Shown: one piece after another, positions 36,211 through 47,679 of the stretch
How positions within the stretch are numbered: position 1 is the stretch's first letter
How the letters are laid out: every line of letters starts with the position of its first letter
NCBI GenBank assembly: GCA_013265495.1
Contig: MU058065.1
Span: forward strand, 2,581,003 to 2,645,002
Direction of reading: 5' to 3'
DNA from: Vicugna vicugna
Taxonomy: Eukaryota
DNA: 64,000 nt
Translations under genes and position numbers: made by a program
Notes under the pieces: generated by a model
Databases searched by the model: none
Seen by the model: the letters and a program-made list of their open reading frames with translations, nothing else
Told to the model about the DNA's origin: nothing

Positions 36211-37152
36211 GAGGCATAAGCGGGAAATCGAGTTAAAGATATGGGGAAATATAAGGCTTTGAGGAGGATTCCATGTCACATTGAATCTTCTCATGTGCAT
36301 ATCTGAATCCCCAGTAGGACCTTTTCCCCAGAGGAAATAGAGACTGGCATTTCAAAACTGTGCTGTTTTTAATGAAGCAATGATACATCCAGTCATTTCC
36401 TAGTAATTATCTTTCCACTTGAAAACTGACTCTTTAAATTCAGAGAGTACCCACAGTTCTTTCATACTGAAACCTATGCAGGAAAAAAAAATAGCAAAGT
36501 GTGAAATGTGAAATGGATAAGACAAGGAAATATCTCTGAAGCAATTCCTGCGAAGTTTTGTTAAGAGAGTGTCTGTGGCATTCTGCCTTGCTCCCAGCTG
36601 GGTCTGCTGTTCTAGTAAACACCAGCACTTACTCTAGTTTTCTGCAGTTTTCCCCAAGTTGCCAAAGAGTTATGAAAGCTAGGAAAGAGTCACCAGCTGT
36701 AACAGTGGTGTTCCCGGTAGCAAGGTTTATTTTCCCCCAAGACGATATTCCTGGGTTTGCATACATTTGCTCTTTTCAATGAACCATGTCCTCTAAATGT
36801 CACCTTGCTTCCATTCAGCATGGCCTGTGTTCTGACTGTCCAGGGGCCTCCAGGAACAGCGAGCAGACTGATGGCTTACTGAAAGCTCCCTCATTATCTT
36901 TCACTGTAAATTCCTTTCATGAGTAATCTCTTGTGCCCTGGATACAGAGCTCCTTCATGTGCGTGCTGTGAAATAAAATCTCAGATCATGTGTGAGGTAA
37001 CTTTGTAATACTCGCTCCCCCACCCCCGTTATCCCCACAATGTGACCTCTGAGCTAATTTTTTATTTAATTAGCAAAGCTCAGCTTAAAGACACTAATTG
37101 GTGAAGAATAAAAAGTAGAGGATGTTAGCATGTTTAAACAAAGAACAAGGGG

Positions 37153-37179
37153 TGTGTGTGTGTTTGTGTGTGTGTATGT

Positions 37180-37213
<34 letters not shown>
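37153..37213. repeat. Imperfect (TG)n microsatellite
   Basis: About 60 bp of TG repeat with a few interruptions. Confidence 0.95.
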
Positions 37214-37849
37214 TGGTATGTTCGGAAAGAACATTCTTGAAAAATCAGTACGGGAAAGAATATATTTTTTTCTTGTAAGAGAGTGCATTTATTGTCCTTT
37301 GTCTTAAAAAAAGAAAGAAAATTGCTTCTTTTCTATAATTTTCACCCAAAATATGCTTGCTTCTGACTCTTGCAAAATTAAAGAAAAAATATAAGTATGC
37401 AGGCTATAATCACCTTCTCTAGAGCAATTCCTATTTAAATTGAATTCAGTATACTCTTTTCCAGTTACATATGCAAAAACCTCGAGCTCATACCAAATCC
37501 TTTTCCTATAAACTGTATCTTTTCTTGCAATAGCATTTGAAGGACTCTGGATTCAAAGTATTCACCTTAAAGAAGGCTCTGGGCTCCTCTGTTATAGTTG
37601 TTTTGATCTCACCTGCCCCCATCCTTCTGCCAGGATGGGTTATAGTTGAGAGTAGGAACATTTTGCTGAGTCATGGTAATTGGGAGAAGACCGTCGACCA
37701 TCACAAGCACAGGAGTTGGAACCTGGGGCCATCCACACTGTGGCTGCTTCTGCTCCCTTCTCCTTTCCCTGTGGATGCTCTCCCTGCCTCTCTCACAGGG
37801 GTCGAGTGCAAGGAGACCTGGAGCAGGATAAGCAGTTTGATGCATCCAT

Positions 37850-38225
37850 GCAACAGAACACTATTCAGCAATTAAAATGTATACAATACTGGTATATGCT
37901 ACAACATGGATAAAGCAACATCATGCCAAGTGAGAGAAGCCAGACACAAAAGACCACATTTTGTATAATTTCACTTACATGAAATATCTAGAAAAGAAAA
38001 ATCTATAGAGACAGAGGTAGATCAGTGCTCACCTGGGACTGCAGTGGGAAGGGGGAGTGTTCACAAACAGGCACAAGGGATCTTTTGGGGATTATGGAAA
38101 TGTCCTATAACTGGATTATAATGATGGTTACAAAAGTCTGTAGGTTTACTGAAAGTCATTGAAGTGTGCACTCAAGATGAATCGATTTTAGGGCGTGTAA
38201 ATTATACTCCCAATAAAGTTGATTT
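37850..38225 (+). mobile_element. L1M (MB/ME-like) 3'UTR
   Basis: atgctacaacatggata...gaagccagacacaaaagaccaca...aaattatactcccaataaagtt. Confidence 0.8.
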
Positions 38226-38243
38226 AAGAAATTAGAAATTAAT

Positions 38244-38421
38244 AGGGGGAGGGGATTGCTCAGTGGTAAAGTTACTGGGTTCAATCCTCAGTACCTCCAT
38301 TTAAAAAATAAATAAGTTAATAAAATCTAACTACCTCTTCCTCCCCCACCCCCCTGAAAAACGTATACAGTGCTGTATGTCAATCATATCTCAATAAAAC
38401 TGGAAGGAAAAAATTTTTAAA
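38244..38421 (+). mobile_element. vic-1-like SINE with internal deletion and L1-like 3' extension
   Basis: GGGGAGGGGATTGCTCAGTGGTA...GGGTTCAATCCTCAGTACCTCC. Perfect 18-bp TSD aagaaattagaaattaat (38226-38243 / 38422-38439). Confidence 0.85.
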
Positions 38422-38907
38422 AAGAAATTAGAAATTAATTTCAAATGGGAAAGAAAAAAGACTTGGAGGCAACACTCTTTGGGGACAGTTGCACAAGGAG
38501 ATGCTTGGATGGTCCACCCAGACCAGCTTTGCTCTGGCTGGGGGGCAAACCCCAGATTTTGCTGCCTGTTGGCGTTTATTTTTCATATTGGCTTTATGAG
38601 AAAATCAAGATAGGCTGTCCCAAGGTGCTAAGTGTTCAAGATACAAAGATAAATTTGATGTCTTTGACTTGTTCCCTGTCCTCAAGGAAGCCTATCATAT
38701 TGGAGGGTCAGAAATGTAAATATTCCTTGAAGAATAGCCAGTGCTCAGGAGCAGCTGTTCTGCAGGAGGGAGTTCATCTGATTTTGTCAAGGGGCTGGGA
38801 CTGACCAGTGCTTTTCAATGTTTGCACTATGGATTGACTTCATTGGAATTACCTATATCCTTATTAACCAAGGATTCCTGGGCTGTATCTAAGAACTGCT
38901 AGAGGTA

Positions 38908-39765
38908 TGTGACATTGTGGTTTATAAGAAATCTCCCAAAATGCTTAAGAGCAATGGAAACACTTTTTGTCTTGGTATTTGGTCTCTGTCCTCATTTCCT
39001 GAAAATTGCTTCAGATGAAATGGGTGTCATTATTCATAACAAGTCACCTTCTACTACAACTGGGGCTTATGATAATGAGGTGACTTTTGGAAAGTACCTA
39101 ATGATGGGAGCTGGTGCCAGGGGAATCATCAGTAAATAGGGGGTTGGAACTTTCTTTCCTTTCTTCCTGACTTCTGGCAAGGAGAGAGAGAAGAGAGGTT
39201 GAATCTGTCACCAATGGCCAATGATTCAATCAATCGTGCCCATGTAATGAAGCTGCCATTAAAAACTCAAAAGGATGAGGTTCAGAGAGATTCAGGGTTG
39301 TTGAACAAGTGGAGATGTGGGGTGAACAGTGTATCTGGAGAGGGTATAGAAGCTCCATGCCCTGTCCCCATACTTTGCTCTTTGCATCTTTTCCATCTGA
39401 TGGTTCTTGGGTCATATCTTTCTATAATAAACTGGTAATCTAGTAAGTAAAATGTTTCTCTGAGTTCTGTGAGCCACTCTAGCAAATTAACCAAACCCAA
39501 GGATGGGGTCCTTGGAATCTCCAATCTATAGCCAGTGGATCAGAAGCATAGGTGATAATGTGGGCTTACAAACAGCATCTGAAGTTAAGGGGAGAGGTGT
39601 CGTCTTTTAGGACTGAGCCCTTAACCTGTGAAATAAGATGCCCTGTGTAGACAGTGTCAGAATTGAGTTGAACTGTAAGACATCCAGCTGGTGTTGAACC
39701 ATTGCTTGATGGAATAAGAACCACTCACCTCCACATATCAAACTTGCTGACCAGAATCTTTATGG
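38908..39765 (+). mobile_element. MER21-like ERV solo LTR, nested in a probable MER5-like hAT element (~38805-39840)
   Basis: tgtgacattgtggtttataagaaat start, accaatggccaatgattcaatcaatcgtgcc, tctctgagttctgtgagccactctagcaaattaa, gacagtgtcagaattgagttgaa. Confidence 0.85.
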
Positions 39766-41702
39766 TGTATCTTGAAACTATGAGTTGTAAAGCAATTCTT
39801 CAGGTGATTCATTTGCACATTTATAGTGGAGAACAACTGGCTGAGACCCTAGTATGGGCTCATGATTCAGGATAGAGAACTCAAGAAATACTGCTCTCTG
39901 AATAAAAATTTCTTCTGTTCACTCACAAAAGGGTCTATCTAGACTACAGCACTTTTTATTCTAAAAAGCACAGGAAGTGTAGGAAATTGAGAAGTTCCCA
40001 CCACACACTTGCGGAGGACAGGCAATGCTTATATCTTTCAGATAGGATGAAGGGACTTAGTTGTCTGGCAAGCTAACAACCATTTCAAGCGAGCCAGCCT
40101 GCATAGCTCTTAAAAACACACCAGCGATGTTGGCAGCTAGAGAGCCTTGCAGGTAGCAAGGATGCAAGTATACCAATACTTGGACTTCAAACCTTGGACT
40201 TGTGGGGATGGACTTTTGTGAAATGAAATTCATTAAACTAAACCCAAATGCTTCACTTTATTTTTTTCTGCTTTTCATATCAGGGCAAGCAGATACAAGC
40301 AAAACCCAGGAACCAGAAATACAAAAATTACTGAAATATTACATAACTCTCTGCCCTCTTATGATTAAGCAGATTCACAGCATTCAAGCTCTGGAAATGT
40401 TTTCTGTCCATCGAACAAACAAAGCTCTATTAAGGTAGTAGCTAAAGCAATTATTTTCAGCTTCCCCAACAGACATACAAAGCAAAGAAACAAACAGCCT
40501 CTGACCCCATGAAGCAGCGGCCAAGCTCTGATAATGAAAATGGCAACCGAATGGCTGTCGACGCTGTCTTTTCCCCTGAGTTTGCTTGATAATTTCTCTT
40601 TTCGTGAATGACTAATGGAGAGGCAGCTGCTGCAGCAAATAGAATTCAAAACCCCATTAATATCGGTGACTCATCAGCCGGATTCTTTCCCCATGTCTGA
40701 AAATGTCAGGAAATTAAAAAGCACTGTGACATCTCCCGGAGACAAGTCCCATGTCAGAGCTGTAACCACTTCTAAATATTCTTGGCCTCATTCGGAAATT
40801 GGCTGTCACCTGGGACGTGGCCTAGTTTGTAGTCCCATCCATGGGGGCAGGACAGATTACCAATCTCACCGAGTGAAGGACCCAGCCTGCCCTCCCGCAC
40901 AGCTGGAAGTGGGAGCCTGGAGATGTTGCTGCTTGTTATCAGAGAGAATGGATAGAACAACGACACACATTCTGGGTTCCTGGCTTGGCTTCTTCAAGAG
41001 CAGAAGGAAAGAAGGTAGTAGGTAAAGACTGAAGTTACATGACCCCTTGTTTAACTAAACACATTTGTCTCATGCTTTGTATAAAATATAAGTAACGAAG
41101 GATATTTAGAAATATCTGGATAATCGTGTTTTGAGTTTTAGTCTTTCCCTGGAGAGTTAATGCTAACAATTGGCTTCCCAGTCACTTGGAACAAACTCTA
41201 TAGTCTTATTTTAATTCAACTAGATTTTTTCAGCCTACAATAGAGGGAGGACCAGTCCCTTTGTGTGTATAGGATGAGCAAAAACACATGTTTGGAAAAT
41301 GAAATTTCAAATCCTTACTGCAAAATTGGAATGATGAAGGTAACTAAAACGATAATACGGCTCTTCTGGTTGTCAGTGTCTTTGGCTATAACTCATTTAA
41401 TAAAAATCAGTGTTTTGAATGGAGTTCCAGCCAGGAACGTGGATGACATGAGTCACTAAGGGAAGTCCCTGTTTGGAAGAAAAAGATATGTATGCATATC
41501 TGTCCCAGAGCATGGGCTGTGGAAATCCGGGAAATCGTAGTGAGATTTGTAGCCCTGAAGCAGCAGCTTGGGGGTATGTGAGATGATGAGTAAAGCCGTC
41601 CTGCGACAGTGCAGGAGGAGAGGCTAGACTTCAGAAAACAGTCAGGCTGAGGGGTTTGGGATCCAGTGGGGAGGTGCAACTGGAACAGTGAATTGTGGAG
41701 AG

Positions 41703-42243
41703 TGTCCCGGAGGGAGAGGCTTCCCCCTCTACCTCTCCTGAGTCCTTGTGGCAGGACTAACAATAAAATCGACATGAGCAGATTAACAGGAGAAAAAGAA
41801 ACAAAGTTTATTTTGTGTGCCTGGAAGTCTTCTAGAAATGCAGCCTTCAGAGATGGCCAAAGCAGGCAGCTTTCCTACTTTTTAGAAAAAAGAGACAATA
41901 GATATGTGAGGGATTGACAAGGAAAAGAAACTCAGGTTTTCGGGTGCTCAACTAGTGAAGAATCCAGATTTTGGAATGGGGTGGTAACGCAAAGAAGTCA
42001 CAAGGTCTGTTCATGTTGGCTTCTCAGCTTGAACTCCCTATCTCTGGTCATCAGAGTGTCCTCTGGCCTCCAGGTGAAGGGAGTGCACCTTTCACGAGAG
42101 AGATTTATTTCCTGCTTTCAGGGAGATGGAAAAAAGGATCAAAGTGTCCCTCTTTCATTGTCCACTTCTTTAGTAACTTTAATTCAAAATAATCAATATG
42201 CCAGTGTGGCATATTTTGGAGTGACCCATCCTGAGCCTCAACA
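41703..42243 (-). mobile_element. MER34-like ERV1 solo LTR
   Basis: TG...CA ends; caaaataatcaatatgccagtgtggcatattttggagtg; gacatgagcagattaacaggagaaaa. Confidence 0.8.
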
Positions 42244-42349
42244 GAAGCTCCGAAAGTTGAAGAGAGCAATTTATATGTCATTTCACAGTCAATAAGCATC
42301 ATTGAATGTTTCTTTCTCATCAGGGATAAAAGGGTTTTTTTTTTAACTT

Positions 42350-43420
42350 GTCCATTCATTTGACTGATATTTTTTGAGCTCCTACTATGTGCATTAATAG
42401 TCACTGTGATATAGAAGTGGAAGAAAAAGTCTTTGCTCTAGCAGATTAGCAGGGAGGCAGAGGAGACGGGTAAGAAGCAAACACAAAAGACGCACAATTC
42501 AGCAGAGTAAGTGAGTGTGCTATTTTAGGTAGGATTGTGGTCAGGAGAGGGCTTTTGAAGTTGACTCTTTTGATCAAAGACCTAAAAAAAGTGAATCATG
42601 TATGTCAGGGAAGGTCATTCTGGCTGATGTCATTCCAGCAAAGGCTAAGGCCCTGAGGCAGGAGCTCATGCTTGAGGAAGAGCAAGGAAACTGGTACGTC
42701 TAGCACGAAATGAACAAGAATAAATAGAGGGAAATGAGGCCTAAGACAATTAAGGGTCAGATCTCTTTCTGCCATTTGATGGACTCCGACTTTACTCTAA
42801 AAGAAATGGGAGCCATTGGAAGATTTTGAATATAAAAATCACTATGTATGAGTTATTCTAAAGCATCCTTCTAGGTTGTCTCTTAAGGATAGATTTTAGA
42901 CAGACAAGGACAGGATCAGGAAAAGCATTTAGGGGGCTACTGCAACAATCCAAGGGAGAGGTGATGGTGGGTGAAACTGGGTAGCAGTGATGAAGGCAGT
43001 AAGATGTGGTCAGATTTCAGATTCACTTTGGAGGAAGAGCAACAAGAGTTGCTGATAGGTTGAATGGGGAGAGCGAGAGGAAGAAAATGGTCAATACTTA
43101 CTCCACAGTGTTGTCTTGAGTAATAACTAAATGGGTGCACTTGAGATAACTGCATTGAGAAAAACTGTGCAAGGATAGGTTTGGAGGCATCAGGAATTTG
43201 GCCTGGGCAGGTTGGGCAAAAGAAGACTATCAACCACCCACATAGAGAAATGGAATAGGGAGTTCAGGAGAGAAGCAAAGGCTGTATGTATATATTTAGG
43301 AGTTAACAGTATACACATGGGATTTCACACATGAGTGTGGTGAGCTCCATTACGGATTGAGAAAAGATGCAGAAGTTTTCAAAAGTGAACTGATGATATT
43401 TCAAATTTTAAAGGTCAAGG
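42350..43420 (-). mobile_element. L2 remnant
   Basis: cattcatttgactgatattttttgagctcctactatgtgc; aaatgggagccattggaagattttga; ggctactgcaacaatccaagggagaggtgatggtgg. Confidence 0.8.
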
Positions 43421-44584
43421 AAGTGAGGACTGTCTACCCACAGATCCTGATAGGGAGAAATATTTAGATAAGGGAGGAACCAAGAGTAGACTGGGGCTCC
43501 CAACAATTTCAAGAAGAGTGTCGTCATCATCACCACCTCTTTTAGAAGCGGGCCGAAGGTCACACAGCCTGTAAGTGGCAGGGCGCATACTCCTGAGCAT
43601 TATGCTTTTCTGCTTCTAACTGAACTGACTTACCTGTATCGAGTGGAAACATACAAAAGTATTTTGTTTTATAACTAGGTTTCTGACTTCCATAGTAAAA
43701 AGCTATGCCTGATTCATGAATCTGCTCCACTATTGCTGGAAATCCAGGTGGAAACTTAATAATCCTGGCACTGCATCAAGGAGTGAAAAACTCATCTTGA
43801 GGTTCCAGAGTAAGATTTTAACAGTAAAATGCATTGTATTCTTTTTATAGAAAAATAGCTAGTTTTTTCCATCAATTATTGGACAATTGAAAATGGTATA
43901 GTAGAAAGCTAAGACTCATTTTATTCCATTGGGACAGTGAAGACTCTTGGTTGCTAATTGTACTGAGGAGTGAATGGATATAGCGTTTGGGTTTTATGAT
44001 ACATAACACTCTTCTCCAAGTCCTGTTTTTCCAACAACCTGGGCTGAATTGTCTCCAGTTCCGTCCTGCACTACTGGACTCACTGAATGACCTGTGACAA
44101 GTCACTAAATGTCTCTGGGTTGCAATTTACCCTTCTGAAAAGGAGGGGTCATATAAGTGAGATTATTTTCAGACCCTATTCTATCTCTAGCATCCACACA
44201 TTATTATTTCTGGCAAATTTATCCGTGTATCAAATTCCTGCAGTACAACAAATGATTCCCCAGTGCTGTGTCTGTCAAGCCCTGTATTACTTTAAAATAT
44301 AAGTGTTGAAGATATCAGCTCTGCAGATAAACATTTTAAATGCTCCGAACCAGACTGAACAACTCCTAAAACAAGATGATCTTTCTAAATTTCCTTCTGG
44401 TTTTAGTTTTCCGAGCACAGCAAAAATGCCAATCTCTCCCTCCTTGAAATTCTCACAGCACTTTGTCTCTGTCTCCCTTAGAACATTGATTGCTTAAAAA
44501 AATTCTTTGCACCTATGCACCTTAAGTATTCACATCAGGAAAGTGTGGCTGAATTGATAATCTCCTTATATCTTCCAAACACAG

Positions 44585-45006
44585 TATATTAGGTTGTTAG
44601 AGCTGCCATAACAAAGTACCAAAAACTGGTGGCTTAAAAACAGAAATTCATCTTATAATTCTGGAGGCTAGAAGTCTGAGATCAAGCTGTTGGCAGGACT
44701 GGGTTCTTTTGAGACCTTTCTGCTTGGCTGGTAGTTGACCAGCTTCTCTCTGTCTTTCCTTGGTTTTCCCTCTGAAGGTATACATCCTAATCTCTTTTTT
44801 ATTTTATTTTATTTTTTAATAGTTTTAACTCATCTCTTTTAATAAGGACACCAGTCATACTGAATTAGGGCCCAGCCTAAAGACCTCATTTTAATATGAT
44901 TACCTTTTTAAAGACTCCATCTCCAAATACTGTCAGATTCTGAGGTGTCAGGGGTTAGGACTGCAACATGTAAATTTTGGGGGGGACACAGTCCAACCTA
45001 TAAGAC
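44585..45006 (-). mobile_element. MLT1A/B MaLR solo LTR
   Basis: gctgccataacaaagtacca...ttctggaggctagaagtctgagatcaag...aaggacaccagtcatactgaattagggccc...ggggggacacag. Confidence 0.85.
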
Positions 45007-45819
45007 CCAGTTCCTACTGGATCCTCCATCTGCCTACAACAGTGTTGACGGCTCAGCCTCCATCTCTGAGAAATTTCATCTGTGCTCTGGTTGATCTATA
45101 GGTAAGGCAGGACTCACAAATAACATTAGAAGTAAAAGAAATTAAAAACTGACCTTTACAATTAAGTCGGTATTCATACTCATCTGTCAAGATGTGCTTC
45201 ATGCTGACTTCTGGCCTTTGTGGAGTTTTGTGGCTTTAACTTAAAAGCAGACGGTGTATTTTTGATGAGAAAAATCATGGTCTGCCTTAGGATACCATTT
45301 TGCCCTGAATGGGGTTCTGCGGCTTTGAAACACAGTATCTCATTTGCTCTTTCAGAGGTATATTACCATATCACTTACCTGATGCTTAAAGGTAAATCCA
45401 TAAAAATGCATGTTCCTTTTCACACCTGGTGAAAGCTATGATCCATTCAACATGGTACCTAATTCCTGATAATCATGCCAAGAAATGGCTGATTGTGTTG
45501 CCTTAAAAACTGTGTTTCCTTAAAAACCCACTATAGCTCTTTCATCTGAAATTCTCTAAAACACTTTGGAGCCTGTTAGAGAATTTCAAGCTTGAGGAAA
45601 CTGTTAAGAAAAGTGCTTCCATATTTTGAACAAAAAGTGTCACCTGAATGGCATTTAGGGCACAGAAAATGAGTATAGTCGTATTCATATTTCAATTTAG
45701 GTCCTATTCTTGGAGCTAGAAGATCAGAGCTTAAGTAATGGCTAGGCTCAGACCTCAGGCTAAGACCACTTTTGAGTCTTAATTTCTAAAATCAAAAATC
45801 AGTGTCACTTCTGCCTCTT

Positions 45820-46450
45820 GAATGGTTGAATAACAAAGTGACACAGTTTATCATTGTTTATGAGTTGATGAATTGGCTGGTTAGCTGATCTCATCTAGAC
45901 TTATTTGTGTGTCAGCGGATACGGTTCTAGGAAAGCCTCAGCTGGACAGCTCAGCCCTGTTCTGTTTGTTATCTCATCCTCCGTTCTCAGACAAAGGCAG
46001 AGGAACTAGAGGAAGAGAAGAGAATGCAAGGTCTTGACGTGCTGGCCCAGTACTGGCACCTGGTCACTTCTACATTCCATTGTCCAAGAAAGTTAAAAGC
46101 CAGTCCAATTCTCCACCCACGTTATGTTGATAATCTCAACGCTAACCCTAATCCTGACTCTACCCTTCTGGGCACGATCACTTATGCTTCTGGTTGCATC
46201 CTATGCCACTTCCGCCTGCCAAAATTTAAATCTAAATATGGCTCCTCCACTTCTACTACATCACTTCCCCTTCCCCTCTCCCAGTATCTCCACAGCCACC
46301 TGCTCCCTCCCACATGCCTCCCACTTGCCCTGGGGTGGAGGAATATGAAAGAAGACTGCAGCTCTTGACTGCAGGTACTTGAGTCATCTGGCAATGGGTG
46401 TGGATACAGGGAGGAGTGAAAATTGAGGCCATTTTTGCAGTCTACTGCAG
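45820..46450 (-). mobile_element. MLT1 (H/I/J-like) LTR split by a ~220-bp insertion
   Basis: actggcacctggtcacttc...gccagtccaatt [insert] ggggtggagg...ggtgtggatacagggaggagtgaaaattgaggccatttttgcagtctac. Confidence 0.7.
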
Positions 46451-47679
46451 AGCATAATTGAACAGTAAGATCCATTTTGCCATATGATTTATGACCACTA
46501 CTTATCTTCTGATGTCATATACATAGTAAAAATATTTCTCATGAAATATAGTTTCTTGCCTTTTTTAGATTTGGAATCCAAGTAGAAAGGCTTTTTACTT
46601 TATAAAGTTACCATTTGGTGTTGTTTTTTTTTTATCATTTCTAATTGAAAAAAATACTGCATTTAAAAAAATTGTGAAATTTGAGATGACCCAGGGGAAA
46701 TTTTTAAAATTTAAGGAGCTACATCGGACATAATTTACAGCTTCAATATAAACATGGTGAAAAGTGCACTTTCTTTCCCTTCTTGGGATGGTCAAAATTA
46801 ATTCCATTTCATTTTTTTTGAAGTCATTGAAAATGGTCAATTTCATATTTCTCTAATAGTAAACATACTGAGTGGAAAATTTCAAATTTAGCCATTTCTC
46901 CTGCTTGATGACATGATTTGTGCTGTAAGTCATTTGTAGTAAATGAACTGCTTGGACTATTAAACTAGAGGATTCCAGACTACATGTATTTGTCATATAT
47001 GATTTAAATTTCAACTTTTTTCCAAAAAGAGCTCCTCGTTATTTACAATGAAATGAATGTGTTGTTAAGTCCTTCAAATAATTATGGCAGCACAAAGAGC
47101 AGGCAAAAGTGAAAACAGAAAAAAATTGGAAGCAAGGGAATTACTTTAAGTTAGCATTAAATTTGGCTTTATGATTCATAATTAGAAAGTTTAATTTATT
47201 CTCTAGAGCAGTGAGTGTTCTTATCCAAGGATTACTAATATAGTAGTGTTTCAAGTAATTTGCTGTTAATAACTATTAAAGTTGTTGAATTCTTTCCTTT
47301 TAAAAGATAGATAGGAAGGATTTACTTTCACCCACTTACTTTTTTGAGTGGGAAAGAAAGGCATGTACATACAATTAGGTTGCCATTATCTATCTTTTGG
47401 AGTTTGTACAAGTAAAATGTAAAAAGTTATCTTATGTAAGTGTCACAGTTGTGGAAAGATTGAAAGGTGCTACTCCAAATGGTGGAGATTATTTGCCCGT
47501 GGCCAGTTAATGCATATTGATTCTTTACATTAATTTGAGGTCTTGGTAGAACATTATGAACTTTCAGGATGTCACAGCTGTGCAGGGATCACCAATAAGG
47601 GATGACATAATGACCAGCAGCAGTAGACAGATTAGTACTAATGATATTACCACCATCTGGAATAGAACACTTAAATAAA

